DNA of 33,146 nucleotides from Rickettsiales bacterium. Its GTDB lineage: Bacteria; Pseudomonadota; Alphaproteobacteria; Rickettsiales; JALZUV01. Positions within the stretch are counted from its first letter, which is position 1. The number at the start of each line of letters is the position of its first letter. The translations under genes and the position numbers were made by a program. Where the stretch lies: NCBI GenBank assembly GCA_023301245.1, contig JALZUV010000087.1:1-33146 (forward strand), written 5' to 3'. Under the pieces are notes generated by a model that made no database searches, was not told the DNA's origin, and saw nothing but the letters and a program-made list of their open reading frames with translations. Of the stretch, positions 18,987-27,315 are shown in pieces.

Positions 18987-19505
18987 ATGTTTTCCTTAGA
19001 GGAACTTCAAACCAAGACCCACCTAACCCTAGGCTTCATACGAAGCGACGGAGACCTAGAGGTACTAGCTACCTTCAACAACGGCGCTGAGCAACTACCG
19101 CAAGCAATGTTCGTAACTCTCGTCATGTCCTACCTAACTACGGTACAAACAGAGCACAGCGATGCGCAATTATTCGATAGAGACGATGCACTCGATGTCA
19201 TCCAACTTACAAAAGCCGTACCAGATAGTAACACGTCAAAACTACTCGTCCTCGCTGGCTACAACGCAACAGAAGAGCACGTAGTCGAGCTACCCGAGGG
19301 CCGGCAATTTTCCGACATAAAAGAGTGGTATATGCGTTATGGCCGCTTCTTCTGCACATTCAGCGACGGGCTTGATTGGGTGCAAACAGAGGCCAACGAA
19401 GCCGAGACAGAGGTTACGGATTACAAGAGGCCGTCTTACGTCACACTATACGCGACAGACGGAGAAACCCACGATTACGACACTGTTCTAGCAGAGACGG
19501 GATAG
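18987..19505 (+). CDS. Acidic hypothetical protein
   Basis: Follows palindrome promoter at 18935 and CGGAGCA RBS. Confidence 0.75.
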   Translation: MFSLEELQTKTHLTLGFIRSDGDLEVLATFNNGAEQLPQAMFVTLVMSYLTTVQTEHSDAQLFDRDDALDVIQLTKAVPDSNTSKLLVLAGYNATEEHVVELPEGRQFSDIKEWYMRYGRFFCTFSDGLDWVQTEANEAETEVTDYKRPSYVTLYATDGETHDYDTVLAETG

Positions 19506-19509
19506 AGCG

Positions 19510-19875
19510 TTGCCCATACGAAAAAGACATACAACCAAACAACCCTTTAGGACCGACAAACGCAATATGCGTCAGTTGACGGATTGGCTTTCGGTACAAT
19601 CGGGAAAGGTACTCACCTTCGTTGAATACGACGGGTTCCTATTACACTTCGGCATCGAAGAGCGGTGGACTTACCACGCAACACACCTAGACGGGTCGGA
19701 AACACCCGCTAAAGAGGTACTGCCTTACGAGTTCAATGGTCGCATGCTGCCTTGCGGTGGTTACCCCAAATACTTTGCTTTCACTTGTTACCCGTGCCAA
19801 CTTACGGACGACGACGCCGTTTACTTACTAAAGAACGGCCTAACACAAAAGCGCCATGAAAGGTTCGAGCAATGA
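19510..19875 (+). CDS. Hypothetical protein (MPIRKR N-terminus, TTG start)
   Basis: ORF starting 4 nt after the upstream stop. Confidence 0.7.
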   Translation: MPIRKRHTTKQPFRTDKRNMRQLTDWLSVQSGKVLTFVEYDGFLLHFGIEERWTYHATHLDGSETPAKEVLPYEFNGRMLPCGGYPKYFAFTCYPCQLTDDDAVYLLKNGLTQKRHERFEQ

Positions 19876-20135
19876 TTATAGTTCACACACCGAGCGGTCC
19901 CAAGACTGTCATCATTGACAAGCGGTACACGTCCCTCTCTCTTTGGGATGACGGAGACGGAAACTTTACCGTCGCTAAGAACATTGAAAACGACCAGCCG
20001 CATATAGGCATCCGTACTGACGCAGTGTTCGACAACCAAGAGGACGGACTTCGCTGGCTAGCGTACAACTTCGGCCACTCTCGGCAGATTTGGTGTGAGC
20101 GGGACACAAGCTTCGAACTCATGGAGCTAGTGTAA
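19872..20135 (+). CDS. Hypothetical protein
   Basis: ATGA overlap. Confidence 0.7.
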   Translation: MIIVHTPSGPKTVIIDKRYTSLSLWDDGDGNFTVAKNIENDQPHIGIRTDAVFDNQEDGLRWLAYNFGHSRQIWCERDTSFELMELV

Positions 20136-20317
20136 TGGTTGTAAATGCACATACGATAGCAGAGCGACACAAAGTAGATGAAACTACGGCTAAGGCATTG
20201 ATATATGAGACGGGCAACTACGGTTTCGAGAAAGACCACCCTAGCTTTATGGCCGTGCTGGACACCCTCGCGGATGTTTGGCCTAATACCGAACAAGCCG
20301 ACTTTAGCTGGGCTTAA
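20135..20317 (+). CDS. Small hypothetical protein
   Basis: TAATG coupling, GGAG RBS. Confidence 0.65.
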   Translation: MVVNAHTIAERHKVDETTAKALIYETGNYGFEKDHPSFMAVLDTLADVWPNTEQADFSWA

Positions 20318-20321
20318 GAAT

Positions 20322-20480
20322 ATGTCTCGTACTAAGCAACCAAGCCTATCGACGGTACAATACGTACTCGGTTACGAACGTGTTACACAGGCGCACAAGA
20401 CATGTATAAACTCAAATAGTATACTCCTGTGGTTGGAGCGGGGACGGCTTTATGAACCGTCCCCAACATCCCACAAGTAA
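20322..20480 (+). CDS. Small hypothetical protein
   Basis: MSRTKQPS...; tiling only. Confidence 0.45.
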   Translation: MSRTKQPSLSTVQYVLGYERVTQAHKTCINSNSILLWLERGRLYEPSPTSHK

Positions 20481-20492
20481 CCTATTATTACA

Positions 20493-20557
20493 TGGACCAC
20501 TTCGCAAACGTTTGCTAAAAGCGGGTAACAACCACAACGCGGAGCAAACGCAATGAC
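20493..20557 (+). repeat. 65-bp exact direct repeat, copy 2
   Basis: Identical to 16897-16961. Confidence 0.95.
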
Positions 20558-20873
20558 TTTATCCAATATACATGACGGCCCCGCCGACGAAGCCCAGTCC
20601 TTCAAGTTGATAAATCGCGGTTATGCACCCGATGTTTACAGCGCAGGGCAATACTTCGAGACCTGCGAAGACATGTACGACCACATGCTAAACTGCATGC
20701 CTCCCAAGTTCTTTGACGGCAACGCCTTTATGATGTCCGAAGCCAGCACGGGAAACCTAGCCGAAGTCTATGTACGCATCGACGGGCGTTACTACTGCAT
20801 CACTTGTGAGAACACCTCGCAGCTCGTTATGAACCGCACCCTTCACGCCCTACGCAGCGAAGTGGGGGACTAA
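20553..20873 (+). CDS. DUF1419-like protein
   Basis: Y.AG.YFE..E..YD.ML..MPP......F.M.E..TG.....Y.RIDGR pattern as recalled for DUF1419. Confidence 0.6.
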   Translation: MTLSNIHDGPADEAQSFKLINRGYAPDVYSAGQYFETCEDMYDHMLNCMPPKFFDGNAFMMSEASTGNLAEVYVRIDGRYYCITCENTSQLVMNRTLHALRSEVGD

Positions 20874-20874
20874 C

Positions 20875-21129
20875 ATGTTCTCCTTCTCCATGCACTTAAG
20901 CCAGAACGACTATAAAACCCTACGCCTCGCAGCCATGGGTATAGGCCCTCCCTTTCACCATGAATTCACTCGGGACCCTACGTCTCAGGACGTAACATTT
21001 ACTACAACAAATGTACGTAAACTATGCGCGCAGCTTGAGCACCTATTTGACTTTGGGGCAACATCGGCATATGATGTTATGGATATGCACATGACCGCAG
21101 AAACACACGGTTACTACACTATAGGATAG
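20875..21129 (+). CDS. Hypothetical protein
   Basis: Tiling, GGGGA RBS. Confidence 0.7.
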   Translation: MFSFSMHLSQNDYKTLRLAAMGIGPPFHHEFTRDPTSQDVTFTTTNVRKLCAQLEHLFDFGATSAYDVMDMHMTAETHGYYTIG

Positions 21130-21137
21130 CTCATACT

Positions 21138-21320
21138 ATGACATATGTAATTATTATACTACTAAAACTACTGATTGGACTTCTCGGGGTAGTCCTCATA
21201 CTTACGGCCTTTCTTGAGGACAGTTTCAGGCCAACACCATACGGAGTTATAAACTGGCGATTATTTTGGGTAGGAATATTAATCCTCGCTTTCTTAACTA
21301 CGTGGCAGGTGTTCCCATGA
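21138..21320 (+). CDS. Small two-TM membrane protein
   Basis: Two hydrophobic stretches; AGGA RBS. Confidence 0.7.
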   Translation: MTYVIIILLKLLIGLLGVVLILTAFLEDSFRPTPYGVINWRLFWVGILILAFLTTWQVFP

Positions 21321-21514
21321 CCTGCAATAAAGAAACCCGAAAGCCTCCACAGGTAAGGTCGACTATTATAACTTGTACGATATTCCTCGTGCTTGCGATT
21401 GTCGGTCCCGCGATACACGACCAGTACCAGCAAGGACAATCGGATAAAGAATACGAAGAATGCGTCCGATTTAAGGAAATGTTTCAGACCCGTATCGTCA
21501 AATGCAAGGGGTAG
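21317..21514 (+). CDS. Small single-TM protein
   Basis: ATGA overlap; IITCTIFLVLAIVG. Confidence 0.65.
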   Translation: MTCNKETRKPPQVRSTIITCTIFLVLAIVGPAIHDQYQQGQSDKEYEECVRFKEMFQTRIVKCKG

Positions 21515-21589
21515 TAGCCTCGAAAACGCTGGACCACTTCGCAAACGTTTGCTATATTAAATAAACAACAACCACGCGGAGCAAACGCA

Positions 21590-21856
21590 ATGATCGACTT
21601 AGTACAAGCCATGCAAACCCTCAGGGTAGCAATGCAAGGGGCTAAAGAATTCTCATCCTTCGCCCTAGGTGAGGAACGCGGACACGGCCTCTTCACCAAG
21701 GACACACTACGCTGGGACAACGAAGAGGCGGGGAGCACAGAGAGTGATATTCACTACTGCCAATCTAACCCGCTAGTTCTCGCTTACGCATCCTACAACG
21801 CCGTAACAGGGGAAGCTCGCATCTTACCCACACCTACGCCGGAGGAATTGTCGTGA
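21590..21856 (+). CDS. Hypothetical protein
   Basis: Follows palindrome promoter at 21541 and cassette RBS. Confidence 0.75.
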   Translation: MIDLVQAMQTLRVAMQGAKEFSSFALGEERGHGLFTKDTLRWDNEEAGSTESDIHYCQSNPLVLAYASYNAVTGEARILPTPTPEELS

Positions 21857-22077
21857 TCGTAACCCTAGGACATTTTGCCACAAGACTAAACGAGCGCGTC
21901 TTACACGACGTTGTAGCCGTTCGAGTACAACGGGCAGCTACGATAATTGAATTTGACAACGGAACCCAAGAGGTCGCGTTGTTCTGGGACAATACACTAG
22001 ACGGAGACGATATACCGTTCACGTATGATGGCGTAACATACGAAACACTAGCCATAGGCGAGGTTACTCATGCCTAA
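21853..22077 (+). CDS. Hypothetical protein
   Basis: GGAGG RBS, GTGA overlap. Confidence 0.7.
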   Translation: MIVTLGHFATRLNERVLHDVVAVRVQRAATIIEFDNGTQEVALFWDNTLDGDDIPFTYDGVTYETLAIGEVTHA

Positions 22078-22333
22078 GCATATGGAGAAAACTCTCATAC
22101 GAGATCGTTGGTTCGCATCTACCCATGTAGGGACAATCGACTACCTCTATCGGGGTACGCAAGGCATAGTTGCAGATGTTCATACGCACAAGCCTACCCG
22201 TTTCCGCTTCACTTTGGGCTGGTCATCTACCATCGACCCGAAGTTCCACGTAAAAGATTTATGGCGACCGACCCGCGCATGGGCCATAGCCTCCGTAATA
22301 AAAAGGATTGAAACTTACCATGGCCAAACTTAG
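22070..22333 (+). CDS. Hypothetical protein
   Basis: GAGGT RBS. Confidence 0.7.
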   Translation: MPKHMEKTLIRDRWFASTHVGTIDYLYRGTQGIVADVHTHKPTRFRFTLGWSSTIDPKFHVKDLWRPTRAWAIASVIKRIETYHGQT

Positions 22334-22556
22334 CCCAGACGACCAGCATCTTTTAACCGAGCTACCTAAAGTCTCCACGAATTTACGCGCCGAAGCCGAC
22401 ATATGGGCGAAAAGTCCCGAGAGCCAATCCGCAGCGGCCAACACTAGGAGGATGGCGGACAACGTAGATTTAGCCATACGCAGGATTAAAGCATTAAGCG
22501 ACACAAACGACCGATTAACTAAAAGATTGGGGAAATCCGATGGCCGAACTCATTGA
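22320..22556 (+). CDS. Small coiled-coil protein
   Basis: AAGGA RBS; helical composition. Confidence 0.65.
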   Translation: MAKLSPDDQHLLTELPKVSTNLRAEADIWAKSPESQSAAANTRRMADNVDLAIRRIKALSDTNDRLTKRLGKSDGRTH

Positions 22557-22971
22557 CACACCTTGCCCCTCTTTATACACTCGCGTCCTTGTAACCCTAC
22601 AGTTATCGTTGCTTATGAACTTCTCCATCGCGATTTGCCCTACGCGACACGGCAAGGAAGCTATCACAGAGCAGAAACGCCTCTTGCGATTTGCCCTTCT
22701 TATGAGCTACAACCCTCTCGCCTTGCGTATCGTGAAAACGCTACAGCGAGAGCGGGAACCCTTCACAGCCCCAACCATGTTGATACGAAACGTCTCACGG
22801 CGGGGGGATAGCGAACGTAAGCTACAGCGTACACTAAGAAAGCTAGAGAAGGCGGGAATAGTAATACGGTTCACGAAGCAAGAAGACCTAGACGGCATAT
22901 TTCTCATTGGCGGTGACCGCAGCTTCTACCGCCTTACAGAACCCTACAACACCATGGAGCTACCCGCATGA
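22540..22971 (+). CDS. Winged-helix DNA-binding protein
   Basis: SERKLQRTLRKLEKAGIVIRF...D.RSFYRLT. Confidence 0.65.
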   Translation: MAELIDTPCPSLYTRVLVTLQLSLLMNFSIAICPTRHGKEAITEQKRLLRFALLMSYNPLALRIVKTLQREREPFTAPTMLIRNVSRRGDSERKLQRTLRKLEKAGIVIRFTKQEDLDGIFLIGGDRSFYRLTEPYNTMELPA

Positions 22972-23255
22972 CACACACTACGAGAGACCTCGCACTCTCC
23001 CTAATGCCTCTTATAGAGAAGGGCGACCACATGGCACAGGCCGACGTACTCGGGTCTATGGGCGTCCGTATACACTTGATGATCGACGATGCGCCGCGTA
23101 GCTGGGATACACACGCATGCTTATATAGTCTAGGGACCCTCTCTCGGCCAAGGGGTAATGAGGACTTCGTGGGAAGAATTCGTCTTACACAACATCCCGT
23201 ACGTAGAGCGAGTAAGGATTTCCCTCACTTCCACCCAACGTATCACGAAGTATAG
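22968..23255 (+). CDS. Hypothetical protein
   Basis: GGAG RBS, ATGA overlap. Confidence 0.65.
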   Translation: MTHTTRDLALSLMPLIEKGDHMAQADVLGSMGVRIHLMIDDAPRSWDTHACLYSLGTLSRPRGNEDFVGRIRLTQHPVRRASKDFPHFHPTYHEV

Positions 23256-23268
23256 GAGGCCCCATAGA

Positions 23269-23790
23269 ATGATTTGGACAAGCAACGAAAACGCTAAAAA
23301 GATGTCCGAGGGCGCTACAGAATGCCCTTTGTGTGACGCAGGCGTACCTACATCCGCACCACCACAACCCGTTAGGAACATGCAGCTACAGAGCACGTCT
23401 TCCTTACTTGCACAACGCAGCTTTCACCATATGAACGCGGGGGAAGAGCAAGTCCTTTCTACTGAAAAGGCTATATACGAATATATGCACGAGGGCTTAT
23501 ATGATGATCTAGCCGCCTTCCTAGGCGAGCACGGCTTCCGCATACATGCCCTCATAGACTACCCAGAGCACTCGCGACATGATTACGAAGCAGGCTGGTC
23601 TTACTCATACGGGGCCTTGCATACTAACGATGTACTCCGTAAAAAAGACGAACGACTAGCCCTATACCTAGGGTTTGCACGTATGGTTTATACATACGAA
23701 GGTATAAAGTACGAAACAATGCAGAACATCTCTATAGGGAACAATGCACCAATCGTATGCCGTCCAATACAGGACACAGAATTGTTTTAA
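23269..23790 (+). CDS. Hypothetical protein
   Basis: AGGAGG RBS at 23254 supports the start at 23269. Confidence 0.7.
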   Translation: MIWTSNENAKKMSEGATECPLCDAGVPTSAPPQPVRNMQLQSTSSLLAQRSFHHMNAGEEQVLSTEKAIYEYMHEGLYDDLAAFLGEHGFRIHALIDYPEHSRHDYEAGWSYSYGALHTNDVLRKKDERLALYLGFARMVYTYEGIKYETMQNISIGNNAPIVCRPIQDTELF

Positions 23791-24600
23791 TTCAACGCCT
23801 TAGGGCGGGGGCCGACCCTTCTACATCTACCATCACCTATAGAATACACATACGTCTTATATGATCGTATAAAGCATATATAGGCCAATCCCTATACATA
23901 CCCCACGTAACCCCATATAGTCCCCCAGCGGCATCCTAGCAAACGTTTGCCAATCCCCACAGGGCGGGGGGCTAACACGAAACCCTACCATAGTCATAAC
24001 ACCCAATAGACCAAACTCTCCACATCTAATCACATCGGGGCGGGGGGAGATACGTCATACACCTATCATATACTCAATATAACCAATAACATAAGTAATA
24101 CTATATTCTTGCTATTCCTCTACTAGCACGTATGATCTCTCCTATGCTCTATCTACCAGTTCCTACACCCTATGACACTACAGACTGTAACAGTTGATGT
24201 AGGTGGAAGGTAAAAATTTTGCCGTAGAAGGGCCTGTAGGTTGTAAACAGCACATACGAAGCCTCGTATAGTAGGTTGTAAACGTATGAGACCTCCTATA
24301 TATAAGGTGTTGTAGGTGGAAACCGCATGGTTGTAAACGACACAAGTCCTAGAAGTCGATGAAGTAGAAGAAACTTCCTTATATGGGACAAGTCGGTCTT
24401 TTCTGTTATTACTCCTTGTTGTTGTTGATGTTGTTGGAGAAGAAAAAAGAAAGGTTGTAAACGTATGGTGGCTTATATATAGCACCCCATGTAGTAGAAG
24501 TAGCTGATGATGGCCGGACACGACTGATGAAGTAGTTGATGTATATAAGGCCTTGTATGTAACCTCTAAACCTATGGACACCGTTGCAAACGTTTGCTTA
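23791..24600. other. Long non-coding region with G-run motifs and four GGTTGTAAAC copies (ori/terminus candidate)
   Basis: No credible ORF; local switch from A/C-rich to G/T-rich + strand at about 24190-24560. Confidence 0.55.
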
Positions 24601-24632
24601 AATCGGGACCTAACCACACTATGGAGCACACC

Positions 24633-24890
24633 ATGCTTAACTACTCAGCCATCGCGGCAATGATGATCGCGGACGAAGCCCCTCACGTAGAAGAATACGT
24701 ATCCTGCGCTATCGAACAATTAGCAGATGGGACCTATGCGTCCTGCGCCACGCTCGGCTGCGACGATTATGATGAAATGTGGGTGCCCGAACGTAAATCC
24801 TACTGCTTTGCCACCGATAATGTAGTTGCTTATGCAGCCTACGATAAGAAGACGGGCCAAATGACCATACTACCCACCCCGAACGCGTAA
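24633..24890 (+). CDS. Acidic hypothetical protein
   Basis: TGGACA-5-palindrome-TTAAAT promoter; GGAGCA RBS. Confidence 0.75.
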   Translation: MLNYSAIAAMMIADEAPHVEEYVSCAIEQLADGTYASCATLGCDDYDEMWVPERKSYCFATDNVVAYAAYDKKTGQMTILPTPNA

Positions 24891-24919
24891 CCCACACAAC
24901 CCAAGCATAGGAGACTACA

Positions 24920-25138
24920 ATGAAGATCAAATTATCAACACCTCGCGGACCTAGGAAAGTCCTGCACGTAGGAGAGGTATCATTACATTCACGCGGAGCA
25001 CGGGTCGCGGGGGCTAAAGGCATAGAGATATACCTAGGCCTAGAAGAGGACCCATGGTCTAAGTCTATACAGGTCAACGAAGACGGAACCTTCGTATATG
25101 AAGGCACCGAATACGTAGAGCTACATATACTGCCGTAG
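24920..25138 (+). CDS. Hypothetical protein
   Basis: AGGAG RBS. Confidence 0.75.
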   Translation: MKIKLSTPRGPRKVLHVGEVSLHSRGARVAGAKGIEIYLGLEEDPWSKSIQVNEDGTFVYEGTEYVELHILP

Positions 25139-25210
25139 TCACGTCGCAAACGTTTGCTAAACAAAGTGCGTTTACCTATATTCGGGCAACCACAACCACG
25201 GAGCAATACC

Positions 25211-25501
25211 ATGCTAGATACTATCTATTTAGATGTCCAAGTAGGGCCTTACAACAACCCACGAGCCGTAGCCTTTAAGTCAGGAGAGGACGGAATTTAC
25301 GTAGATCACGTATTCGTACTAAAAGACGAAAGCGCAGCTAATACCACAGAGGGGTCTATATACATACTAGCGGACTTGCTAAGTGCGGCATACCCTAACA
25401 GCACGTTTGCTATCTATAAGACAGACATCCCTGTTAAGAACACGACTACGGACATCGCCGCCGTACTTGCGTTCATCCACCAGTTACGCACAGCGACATA
25501 G
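25211..25501 (+). CDS. Hypothetical protein
   Basis: CGGAGCA RBS at 25199. Confidence 0.75.
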   Translation: MLDTIYLDVQVGPYNNPRAVAFKSGEDGIYVDHVFVLKDESAANTTEGSIYILADLLSAAYPNSTFAIYKTDIPVKNTTTDIAAVLAFIHQLRTAT

Positions 25502-25510
25502 GAGATCATC

Positions 25511-25669
25511 ATGCACGTCGTACATATGAAAACAGAATATGGCTCAACTCGGGGGGAGGTACAATCAATACCCTCAACCACTATGGAAGAAGCATCTAAC
25601 GACCTGAACTACGTAGGGCTAGAACTCGGACGTAACGTACTGCTCGTTATCGACGGTGGACTTACCTAG
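25511..25669 (+). CDS. 52-aa hypothetical protein (not in ORF track)
   Basis: AGGAG RBS; MHVVHMKTEYGSTRG...VIDGGLT. Confidence 0.65.
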   Translation: MHVVHMKTEYGSTRGEVQSIPSTTMEEASNDLNYVGLELGRNVLLVIDGGLT

Positions 25670-26107
25670 TAGGGTTGTAAATATACACGCGTAGCCATAG
25701 GAGTTGTTGATGTAGAAGTCAGCAGCTTCTTTGTCTTGTAGATCGCCGGAGAAGCGCTTGATGAAGGTTGTAAACGTACGCGCACACATATAGTCATATA
25801 TAGATGATGATGTAGAAGCGTGACATGACAAGATGACAATTAAATAAAAGGTGTAGAAGCGAAGTGGCCCAATTAAATATATGTGCAGACCCTTATTTAA
25901 TTATCGGCAAATTGCATTATCTACTTGCATCGACTTGCTATATATGCCCTCGCGCATGCGCGTCCTTATATATCTTTATTCATGCGCCCATTCATATACG
26001 CATGCACGCCATGCGGCATTCGTTCTTCCATAACTAAACCGCATAACCTACCTATAGCCCATCGGACGAACGCAATAACGCACTAGCCGACATACGGAGC
26101 ACGTATA

Positions 26108-26701
26108 ATGCCTATCACAACTAAAACGACTAAAGCCATCCCTGCGACTAAAACGACAAAAGCCGCACCTGCGACTAAAACACCCGCTGCGACTAAAACA
26201 GCACCTGCGACAAAAGCCGCAACACCAGCCGTACCAAGCGGCCCTAGCACAAGCGAATTGCGCCAAGCTGCAAACGCTCTAGCGGGTAAAGCCGTATCAG
26301 CGTTCTATAGCGGCTCTAGCTTGCCATTTAAAGCCGCAACGCAACGTCTTAGCGCGGTTAACCCTAACAACGCAAAAAAGCCAAGCGTTCGCCAAGCCGC
26401 CGCAATCGCCGCCGCGTTTACATACGGCGTCGGTTCAATCTCTAAAACGGGTATTTTTACGAACGGCACGTTCAATATACCGTCAACCCTCGTAAACCCT
26501 AAAGCGAAAGCGGGCGAAACAATGCTTGCACAAATCGAAAGCGGCGCGCTCGGCAATATGCTCGGCAATGCTATCGACCTGCACAGCGACGGAACGCGCT
26601 ACGTATTCAATATCGCTAACATCCGCGCGCATTACTTGCCGCTACTCGATAGCGACGTCCGTTCCAACGCTATCAAAGCAATCGACGCTATCGCCGCCTA
26701 A
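26108..26701 (+). CDS. H1-like PATK-repeat tailed protein; probable paralog of 10770-11171
   Basis: CTGCGAC(T/A)AAA repeats at 26142, 26169, 26187, 26205; CGGAGCA RBS; own terminator. Confidence 0.8.
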   Translation: MPITTKTTKAIPATKTTKAAPATKTPAATKTAPATKAATPAVPSGPSTSELRQAANALAGKAVSAFYSGSSLPFKAATQRLSAVNPNNAKKPSVRQAAAIAAAFTYGVGSISKTGIFTNGTFNIPSTLVNPKAKAGETMLAQIESGALGNMLGNAIDLHSDGTRYVFNIANIRAHYLPLLDSDVRSNAIKAIDAIAA

Positions 26702-26726
26702 CTAGCAAACGTTTGCTAAGCATACA

Positions 26727-26758
26727 GCCTCGCCCATAATCGGGCGGGGTTTTTCTTT
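26727..26758 (+). terminator. Rho-independent terminator
   Basis: GCCTCGCCC-ataatc-GGGCGGGGT followed by TTTTCTTT. Confidence 0.85.
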
Positions 26759-27164
26759 GCCTACATATACACCCCTATATATAGCCCCTCCCATATAAGC
26801 CCCATACAGCACGGTTTCTACAACTTCCATACGTCGGGGGCCTAACACGTACCCCCTACACTATAGCCATCCTAGCGGCCCTCAGCACGTCAACCCCCTA
26901 TTTTCTAAAAACCAGCACTTTTTACCTCTCCCCCCACCTCTCTGTAAGACGCCAAATTACTCGGGCAAAAAATTGTGCAAAGATCGAATGGCCTTCTAAA
27001 AATTATTTCCGAAAAAATGTAGAACTCGTAAGACCTCTCCGTAAGAAGTTTACGTAAGTAGAATTATATATGGAAGATTATATATGATAGCCAATATAGC
27101 CTTGCTCACATAAGAGCTATCGGGTAAGCTCGGGGGACACAAACATGTAAACACGGAGCACACC

Positions 27165-27287
27165 ATGTGGGGATTAATAACCACCGTAATACTCGTAGCA
27201 CTACCACTAGCCGCTGCGCTGGTAGGTATATGGGCAGTATTGGTCGGGGTAGCTGCCGCACGTAACTCAGACCATCATAATATATAG
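27165..27287 (+). CDS. 40-aa hydrophobic peptide (not in ORF track)
   Basis: CGGAGCA RBS; MWGLITTVILVALPLAAALVGIWAVLVGVAAARNSDHHNI. Confidence 0.65.
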   Translation: MWGLITTVILVALPLAAALVGIWAVLVGVAAARNSDHHNI

Positions 27288-27315
27288 AAGCATATAAAAA
27301 GGAATGGAGCACACC

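Noticed and set aside
13944-21592. CRISPR array or integron attC array suggested by repeats plus a Cas4-like gene
   Set aside because: Repeats are 1-2 kb apart, contain RBS and ATG and bracket several genes; no cas1/cas2 or integrase in the window; solo Cas4-like nucleases are common in phages
24153-24629. 158-aa minus-strand ORF
   Set aside because: Low-complexity T/S-rich translation of repeat DNA, opposite to all other genes, with no RBS; not fully excluded given the local skew inversion
25830-25910. CtrA boxes (TTAA-N7-TTAA)
   Set aside because: TTAA half-sites are present but I found none with the 7-nt spacing
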